Below, in pieces: positions 57,753-64,000 of a DNA stretch of 64,000 nucleotides. Each line of letters starts with the position of its first letter. The first letter of the stretch is position 1. A program made the translations under genes and the position numbers. The DNA is from Planctomycetota bacterium (GTDB lineage Bacteria; Planctomycetota; B15-G4): positions 4,480,001 through 4,544,000 of the forward strand of contig CBDFJQ010000002.1 in assembly GCA_965248575.1 (NCBI GenBank), read 5' to 3'. A model generated the notes under the pieces. It made no database searches. It saw only the letters and a list, made by a program, of their open reading frames with translations, and had not been told where the DNA came from.

Positions 57753-58924
57753 ACGCCGACGAGAACCCCGCCACACGTCTGGCAACGCATGCCGAGCAGC
57801 TCTACAAGGACACGTCCTTCCCCAGCGTCAAGCTCTGGAAGGAGCGCACCGGCATGCCCGCCGTAGGCTTCCTGCCCATCTACATCCCGCGCGAACTGCT
57901 GCACGCCCAGGGCGTGCTTCCGGTGGGCATCATGGGCGCCGGCGACATCGAGATCGTGCGTGGCGACGCCTACTACCAATCCTACATCTGCCACATGCCT
58001 CGCAGCGTCGTGGAGCTCGGGCTCAATGGCAGCCTGGATTGCCTGGACGGGATGATCTTCCCCGCCATCTGCGACGTCATTCGCAACCTTTCCGGCATGT
58101 GGTCGATGATGTTCCCGGACAAGCTGTCCCACTACCTAGACGTTCCTCACGAGTTCAGCCGCGAGATCGGCGGCGAGTTCTACAAGCGGGACCTGCAGGT
58201 GCTCTCGAAACACCTGGAGGACCTGGGCGCACGCCCGCTGACCGACGATGCTCTGCGGCAGTCGATCGTGGAGTGGAACCGGAACCACTGCGCAGTGCGC
58301 GATCTCTACGCGCTGCGGCGCGCCGAACCCTGGCGCGTCCCCACCAGCGAGCTGTACTCGCTGCTGCGCGCCGGCCTGGTGATTCCTGTCGACGAACACA
58401 CGCGCATGCTTGAGCAGTACCTCAACATGGCTCAGGAGGACGAGACCCGCACTCCAATGGATCAGGCCCGTGTGCTACTCGCGGGTTCGTTCTGCGAGCA
58501 ACCCCCGCTGGGATTGATCAAGACCATCGAACGCGCGGGCTGCTACATCGTCGACGATGACTTCGTGCAGGTCTCCCGCTGGCTACGGCACGAGGTGCCT
58601 ACGGCCGGTGACCCTCTCGACAACCTGGTGAACTCCTTTCTGGAAGACTCCATCGAAAGCCCCACGCGCTACATCGATGAGGGCCAGAAGGGCCAAGACC
58701 TGGTCGAACGCGTTGCAGAGAGCGGTGCAGAAGGCGTGGTGTTCTGCGCGCCGAGCTTCTGCGACCCGGCGCTGCTGGACCAGCCCATGGCGGTGGCCGC
58801 CATCGAGCGGGCAGAGATTCCTTGGACCGCATTCAAGTACAGCGAGAACACCGGCCAGTTCCAAGTCATCCGTGAACAGGCCGGGACCTTCGCCGATTCC
58901 ATCAAGCTATGGAGCGCAGTATGA
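57749..58924 (+). CDS. bcrC: Benzoyl-CoA reductase subunit C
   Basis: GDAYYQSYIC, CDVIRNLSGMW, FCEQPP, SFCDPALL, EQAGTFADSIKLWS. Confidence 0.95.
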   Translation: MNADENPATRLATHAEQLYKDTSFPSVKLWKERTGMPAVGFLPIYIPRELLHAQGVLPVGIMGAGDIEIVRGDAYYQSYICHMPRSVVELGLNGSLDCLDGMIFPAICDVIRNLSGMWSMMFPDKLSHYLDVPHEFSREIGGEFYKRDLQVLSKHLEDLGARPLTDDALRQSIVEWNRNHCAVRDLYALRRAEPWRVPTSELYSLLRAGLVIPVDEHTRMLEQYLNMAQEDETRTPMDQARVLLAGSFCEQPPLGLIKTIERAGCYIVDDDFVQVSRWLRHEVPTAGDPLDNLVNSFLEDSIESPTRYIDEGQKGQDLVERVAESGAEGVVFCAPSFCDPALLDQPMAVAAIERAEIPWTAFKYSENTGQFQVIREQAGTFADSIKLWSAV

Positions 58925-60231
58925 GCTCGGACATGATTTCGGACGGGCAGGACACAGTCACCGTCCACAAGGACAGCAGCCAAGAACGGCAGAAGGCGAT
59001 GATCGCTGGTCACTACGATCGCCTGTCCACGGCTGAAGAGCGCGGTGAAACCAGCGTCTACACCTACGTGCCGGGCAACCTCACCGAGCTGCTGCTCAGT
59101 TTTGATGTGGCGCCCGTGCATCCCGAGATCAACGCGCTGCAATCAGCGATGCGCGGCAAGAGCAAGGACTACATTGCTCGCGCCGAGAAGGACGGCCACA
59201 GCGAAGACGTCTGCACCTACGTCAAGTGCGACATCGGCATGAAGCGCGCAGGCAACATCGGGCCGACAGGGCAACGGCTGCCCAAGCCCGACCTGCTGTT
59301 GCTCTCGTACACCGGTTGTTTCACTTTTCTCAAGTGGTTCGAGCTGCTCAAGGAGGAGTACGATTGCCCCGTCAGCATGCTGCATGTGCCCTATCAGGCC
59401 GACGGGCGCATCACTGACTCCATGCGCGAGTATGTGGTCGCGCAACTCAAGACCAAGGTCATCCCCGCACTCGAAGCCGCCACGGGTCGCAAGTACGACC
59501 AGGATCGCCTGAGCGAACACCTCGCCCGGTCTGCCCAGGCCGAAGACGACCTGGTGCATGTGCTCGAGTCGGCCAAGAACACGCCCTCACCCATCGACGC
59601 ATACTTTGGCGGCGTCTACTACATTGGGCCGATCTTCACCGCCTTCCGCGGCACCCAGGATGCCGTCGACTACTACAGCGCGTTGCGCGAGGAGATCGAC
59701 GAGCGGGTGCGCCTGGGCCAGGGCCCCGTGACCCCAGAGGGTGTGCTCGACAACGAGCGCCACCGTATCGTCGTGGAGGGCCCTCCCAACTGGACCCACT
59801 TCCGGGAGTTCTGGAAGATGTTCAGCGACGAAGGGGCCGTGGCCGTGGCCTCCACCTACACCAAGGTGGGCGGCGTCTACGACACGGGTTTCCGCCATGA
59901 CCCGGACCGGCCGCTCGAAAGCCTGGCCGAGTACTGCCTGGGCTGCTACACGAACCTCGACCTGCCCACGCGGGTCAGCATGCTCGAGCGCTACGTGCGC
60001 GAGTACAAGGCCGACGGCTTCCTGATCAATTCGGTCAAGAGTTGCAACTCTTTCAGCGCGGGCCAGCTGATGATCCTGCGCGAAGTGGAGAAGCGCACGG
60101 GCAAGCCCGGCGGATTCATCGAGAGCGATCTCGTGGACCCGCGCTACTTCTCCGCGGCCAACATCAAGAACCGTCTGGAGTCCTACTTCCAGATGATCGA
60201 CCAGAAACGCGCCGGCGGAGCCTCCTCATGA
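58921..60231 (+). CDS. bcrB: Benzoyl-CoA reductase subunit B
   Basis: GHSEDVCTYVK, YTGCFTF, KSCNSFSAGQL, YFSAANIKNRLESYFQM; ATGA overlap. Confidence 0.95.
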   Translation: MSSDMISDGQDTVTVHKDSSQERQKAMIAGHYDRLSTAEERGETSVYTYVPGNLTELLLSFDVAPVHPEINALQSAMRGKSKDYIARAEKDGHSEDVCTYVKCDIGMKRAGNIGPTGQRLPKPDLLLLSYTGCFTFLKWFELLKEEYDCPVSMLHVPYQADGRITDSMREYVVAQLKTKVIPALEAATGRKYDQDRLSEHLARSAQAEDDLVHVLESAKNTPSPIDAYFGGVYYIGPIFTAFRGTQDAVDYYSALREEIDERVRLGQGPVTPEGVLDNERHRIVVEGPPNWTHFREFWKMFSDEGAVAVASTYTKVGGVYDTGFRHDPDRPLESLAEYCLGCYTNLDLPTRVSMLERYVREYKADGFLINSVKSCNSFSAGQLMILREVEKRTGKPGGFIESDLVDPRYFSAANIKNRLESYFQMIDQKRAGGASS

Positions 60232-61595
60232 GATACACAGTCGGCATCGACCTGGGCTCCACCACCACCAAGGCGGTCATCCTGGACGAACACGCGAAGT
60301 TGCTGGGGCGCGGCATCACCAACAGCCGCAGCAACTACGATGTCGCTTGCCAGGTGGCGCTCAACGAAGCCCTGATCAACACGCGCTTCAGCACGGTCGC
60401 AGCCAGTCTCGATGACTTTGGGGTGGATGCTGCAACCGCTGCCAAGCAGGTGGCTCGCCTGGCAGATCGCTTCCGCGAACAACAGTACCGGGGCCAACTC
60501 AACGTCTTGGCAGATGTGATTCGACGGCTGCTGGGCCAGAGCGACGGCGGTGAAGACGCGGCCCATGCCGTGGAGGCCATCCTCTCCACCATGGACTCGG
60601 AAACGCCCGGCCTGTACGCCGAAGGCACGTCGCGCAAGAGCGACTTCTTCCGTGACCTGGCAGGCAGCCGCTTCCTGAAACTCTCAGAGGAGCAGGCCCG
60701 CGCAGCAACCAAAGGGCGCAGCAGCTGCTCCGGAATGGCGGACGACGATCCGGGGACAGGCAGCGCCTTGTCACTCTTCGATCGCCTGGTCGGCCTTTAC
60801 GACAAGGCCATCCTGGAAGTGGAGAACACTCCAGCCAACGATGACTTCGGTGAGGTCGCTCTGCTGGCGGTGCGTTCCATGGAGGGCGCGGAACCGCAAC
60901 TGGAACGCGCCGTGCAGGAAGCGGCCATCGCGCAGCTGGAGCAGATCGGGAGTGTCGGCACGGGTTATGGGCGTCAGCGTCTGCCCTTCCCCGAGGGCAA
61001 CATCCGCTCGGAGATCCTGTGCCATGGGCTGGGCGCCCACGCCATGTTCCCGCACACGCGCACGGTGCTCGACATCGGCGGGCAGGACACCAAAGCCATT
61101 CAGGTGGATGGCAGCGGCATCGTCACGTCGTTCCAGATGAACGACCGCTGCGCCGCCGGTTGTGGCCGCTATCTCGGCTACATCGCCGACGAGATGAACC
61201 TGGGCCTGCACGAGCTGGGTCCGCTTGCCGGGGAATCCGAGAAGCCCGCTCGCATCAACTCGACCTGCACTGTCTTCGCCGGCTCCGAGCTGCGCGAACG
61301 GCTCTCCTTGGGTGAGAAGCGCGAAGACATCCTGGCGGGACTGCACCGCGCCATCATCGTGCGGGCCATGTCTCTGCTCGCGCGCTCTGGCGGAGTGAAC
61401 GATGAGTTCACGTTCACTGGCGGCGTGGCACGCAACCCCGCGGCCGTCGACGCGCTGAGAGGTCTCATCAAGGACAACTACGGCGAAGTGACCATGAATA
61501 TCTCCGAAGACTCGATCTACACCGGCGCTTTGGGTGCGGCCTTGTTCGCCCTGCGCAGTGCCTCCACCCCGCAACCGGAATGTGCCACGCCATGA
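60228..61595 (+). CDS. bcrA: Benzoyl-CoA reductase subunit A (ATP-binding)
   Basis: GIDLGSTTTKAV, GTGYGR, DIGGQDTK, MNDRCAAGCGRYL, STCTVFA. Confidence 0.95.
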   Translation: MRYTVGIDLGSTTTKAVILDEHAKLLGRGITNSRSNYDVACQVALNEALINTRFSTVAASLDDFGVDAATAAKQVARLADRFREQQYRGQLNVLADVIRRLLGQSDGGEDAAHAVEAILSTMDSETPGLYAEGTSRKSDFFRDLAGSRFLKLSEEQARAATKGRSSCSGMADDDPGTGSALSLFDRLVGLYDKAILEVENTPANDDFGEVALLAVRSMEGAEPQLERAVQEAAIAQLEQIGSVGTGYGRQRLPFPEGNIRSEILCHGLGAHAMFPHTRTVLDIGGQDTKAIQVDGSGIVTSFQMNDRCAAGCGRYLGYIADEMNLGLHELGPLAGESEKPARINSTCTVFAGSELRERLSLGEKREDILAGLHRAIIVRAMSLLARSGGVNDEFTFTGGVARNPAAVDALRGLIKDNYGEVTMNISEDSIYTGALGAALFALRSASTPQPECATP

Positions 61596-62452
61596 CTTCC
61601 ACCAGCCTGCTGACCGCCGGCATCGATGTCGGCACTGCATCTGTCAAGGTCGCCATCATGCGCGACGACGGCTCCAAGAATGGAACGGAGCTGCTCGGCG
61701 GCAAGACCGAACGGATCCGCCGCCGCAACGCGCTGCTCGTGGTCGAAGACGCCCTGGACGCAGCGCTGAAAGAGGCCGGCGTCAATCGCGAGCAGTTGGA
61801 CTACATCGCCACGACCGGAGAGGGCGAGATCGTTCACTTCCGAACCGGCCACTTCTACGGCATGACAACCCATGCCCGCGGCGCGCTCTTCCTTGACGCC
61901 GACGCACGAGCTGCCGTGGACATCGGCGCCCTGCACACCCGCGCCATGCTGATCGACGAGCGCGCCAAGGTGCTGGGCTACCGCATGACCAGCCAATGCG
62001 CATCGGGTTCGGGCCAGTTCCTGGAGAACATCAGCCGCTATCTGGGCGTCACCTTGGAAGAGATCGGTCCGCTGTCTTGCGAGTCCACCAAGCCCGAAGC
62101 CTGCAGCTCCATTTGTGCGGTGCTGGCGGAGACCGACGTGATCAACATGGTCTCGCGCGGTATCTCCACGGCCGACATCCTGAAGGGTATTCACCTCTCC
62201 ATGGCGGGTCGCTACGTGAAGCTGCTCAACTCGGTGGGTGCCAAGGGTGTGGTGCTGATCACCGGCGGTCTCGCCGCCGACGAGGGCCTGGTAGGTGCGC
62301 TGCGCGAGTTGATTGAAGAGGCAGACGTGCCCGTAGAAGTCCGTGCCCACCCCAAGTCCATCCTGGCCGGATCCATCGGTGCGGCTCTCTGGGGCGCGTT
62401 CCGTTTCCGCAAGCTCAACAAGCTGGGACAAGCGCTGACCGCCTCGTCATGA
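61592..62452 (+). CDS. bcrD: Benzoyl-CoA reductase subunit D (ATP-binding)
   Basis: TAGIDVG, ATTGEGE, MTSQCASGSGQFLENI, ICAVLAETDVIN. Confidence 0.95.
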   Translation: MTSTSLLTAGIDVGTASVKVAIMRDDGSKNGTELLGGKTERIRRRNALLVVEDALDAALKEAGVNREQLDYIATTGEGEIVHFRTGHFYGMTTHARGALFLDADARAAVDIGALHTRAMLIDERAKVLGYRMTSQCASGSGQFLENISRYLGVTLEEIGPLSCESTKPEACSSICAVLAETDVINMVSRGISTADILKGIHLSMAGRYVKLLNSVGAKGVVLITGGLAADEGLVGALRELIEEADVPVEVRAHPKSILAGSIGAALWGAFRFRKLNKLGQALTASS

Positions 62453-63195
62453 CCATCCACCCGCAGCCACGCAAACACATCGATCCGCTTCTGTCCCTCC
62501 AGGATTCGGTGTGCCTTGTCACAGGTGGCGCGGGAGACATCGGGTCCGCCATTGCTGCCCAGCTCTCCGAGATGGGCGCCACGGTTGTGTCCGCAGACAT
62601 CGAGCAGAGCGGGAGACCGGGCTCGGAGGTCTGCGACATCTCCGACCCGGCCAGCGTGCAGCAGCTCGTCCAGCGCATCATCGACAGCCACGGGCGCCTT
62701 GACCTGCTGGTCCACAGCGCGGGCATCACCCGCGACAGCGTGCTCTGGAAGATGCCCGACAGCAACTGGTCCGATGTGCTGACGGTCAACCTCGACTCGG
62801 CATTCTATCTGCTCAAAGCTGCCGCTCCGCACCTGCGAGAATCGCCACGCTCTTCCGTTGTGCTGATCTCCTCCATCAACGGGCAACGTGGAAAGTTTGG
62901 CCAGGCCAACTACTCCGCCAGCAAGGCCGGGCTGATTGGCCTGGCCAAGAGCGCAGCGCGCGAGCTCGGAAACTTTGGCGTGCGTGTCAACGTCGTCGCT
63001 CCAGGCTTCATCACGTCGCGCATGACAGCAGACCTTCCGCCGGAGATCACCGCGCGCGCCCTCAGTGAAACCGCCCTCGGAGAAGCGGGCCGCCCAGAGG
63101 ACGTGGCAGGCGCCGTCCTCTTCCTGTGCTCCGGACTCGCCTCCCACGTCACGGGGCAGGTCCTGCGGGTGGACGGTGGCCAGCTCATGGCCTGA
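62449..63195 (+). CDS. SDR oxidoreductase (FabG/PhaB-like 3-oxoacyl-CoA reductase)
   Basis: TGGAGDIG, SAGITRD, YSASK, VAPGFI; ATGA overlap with bcrD. Confidence 0.85.
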   Translation: MTIHPQPRKHIDPLLSLQDSVCLVTGGAGDIGSAIAAQLSEMGATVVSADIEQSGRPGSEVCDISDPASVQQLVQRIIDSHGRLDLLVHSAGITRDSVLWKMPDSNWSDVLTVNLDSAFYLLKAAAPHLRESPRSSVVLISSINGQRGKFGQANYSASKAGLIGLAKSAARELGNFGVRVNVVAPGFITSRMTADLPPEITARALSETALGEAGRPEDVAGAVLFLCSGLASHVTGQVLRVDGGQLMA

Positions 63196-63245
63196 GCCGA
63201 GACAGCCCCCTATCAATCGCCAAGCAACCGAACACGGAGTCAGAC

Positions 63246-63752
63246 ATGGTCACGATGGAAGGCAACGATCTCCAACAAGACAAGATCCGGATTCGGCGCC
63301 TGCGCCCCACGGATCTTGAGCCGGTCATCGCCCTGGACGCGCGAAACACGGGCAGGCGCCGCGAGGAGTTCTTCAAACAGAAGCTGGAGCAGTCCATCGC
63401 CGAAGTGGGCATGGAGATTTCCTTGGCTGCGGAGCACGAAGGTTGCTTCGCCGGCTACCTGATTGCCCGGGTCTACTACGGTGAGTTCGGATCCATGGAG
63501 CAGATGGCGCGGCTGGACTCGGTGGGGGTACACCCCGATTTTCGCGGGCACGGCATCGGCCACGAACTCATGCGGCAACTGCGGACGAACCTGCTGGGTT
63601 TGGGCGTGGGCACCTTGAGCACTGAGGCCGCCTGGGATGACTCCCAGATGCTGGGCTTCTTTCAGCGCGAACAGTTCCATCTCTCGCCCCGACTCTGCCT
63701 CGACCTGGATCTGAAAGAGGCCCGTCGAAGCGAGAACACGCTCATGACATAA
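63246..63752 (+). CDS. GNAT acetyltransferase (BadL-like)
   Basis: ARVYYGEFG, VGVHPDFRGHGIG; GGAG RBS. Confidence 0.8.
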   Translation: MVTMEGNDLQQDKIRIRRLRPTDLEPVIALDARNTGRRREEFFKQKLEQSIAEVGMEISLAAEHEGCFAGYLIARVYYGEFGSMEQMARLDSVGVHPDFRGHGIGHELMRQLRTNLLGLGVGTLSTEAAWDDSQMLGFFQREQFHLSPRLCLDLDLKEARRSENTLMT

Positions 63753-63822
63753 TCCGGGGCTTCCGGCCAAGCTCTTCCGAGCCCTTCGGCCGCAACCTCT
63801 TGGCCAAGAGCCCCGGTGATTC

Positions 63823-64000
63823 GTGAACCTGCACAAGAGCACTCGCTACGCACTGCACTCCATGCTGGAGCTGGCGCGGGCTGACGAGCGGCCAGTGACC
63901 GTGGCTCAGATCGCCACGCGTTGGGAGATCCCCGAATCGGTGCTGGCCAAGGTGCTGCAGCAGCTTGTGCGCGCGGGCTTCATCCGCAGCGTGCGGGGCG
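63823..64000 (+). CDS. Rrf2 family regulator (BadM-like), 3' partial
   Basis: Hand translation: MNLHKSTRYALHSMLELA..VTVAQIA..IPESVLAKVLQQLVRAGFIRSVRG; not in the ORF track. Confidence 0.85.
   Translation, partial: MNLHKSTRYALHSMLELARADERPVTVAQIATRWEIPESVLAKVLQQLVRAGFIRSVRG

Noticed and set aside
1..64000. Many long overlapping or antisense ORFs in the track (e.g. 753-2147, 8530-9816, 46301-47680, 47785-49290)
   Set aside because: Shadow frames of high-GC genes; Arg/Ala/Pro-rich with no motifs
1..64000. CRISPR array, tRNA, rRNA, integron integrase
   Set aside because: No regularly spaced repeats, cloverleafs, rRNA signatures or tyrosine recombinase seen by eye

Overview
High-GC bacterial window, most likely Planctomycetota (inferred from a TIGR02999-type ECF sigma factor coupled to a Ser/Thr kinase, and many secreted repeat proteins). 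About 1-46 kb is an accessory region: secreted and lipoprotein hydrolases (three beta-lactamase-family serine hydrolases, S41 and M1 peptidases, sulfatase, esterases), beta-propeller and beta-helix surface proteins, small cassette-like genes, a P450 and regulators. The spacers hold decayed DNA: degenerate attC-like sites, an IS3 remnant, partial copies of neighbouring genes (one is a whole gene shortened by three microhomology deletions) and a degenerate hammerhead-ribozyme-like element. About 46-64 kb holds tryptophanase, an NMO/FabK-family flavoprotein, a pentaheme cytochrome c coupled to a sugar-dehydrogenase-like/Kelch protein, and a divergent Thauera-type anaerobic benzoyl-CoA cluster (had-oah-GNAT-dch-bcrCBAD-SDR-GNAT-Rrf2) running off the right edge. 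No rRNA, tRNA, CRISPR array or integrase was seen. All family assignments come from motif recognition by eye; no searches were run.
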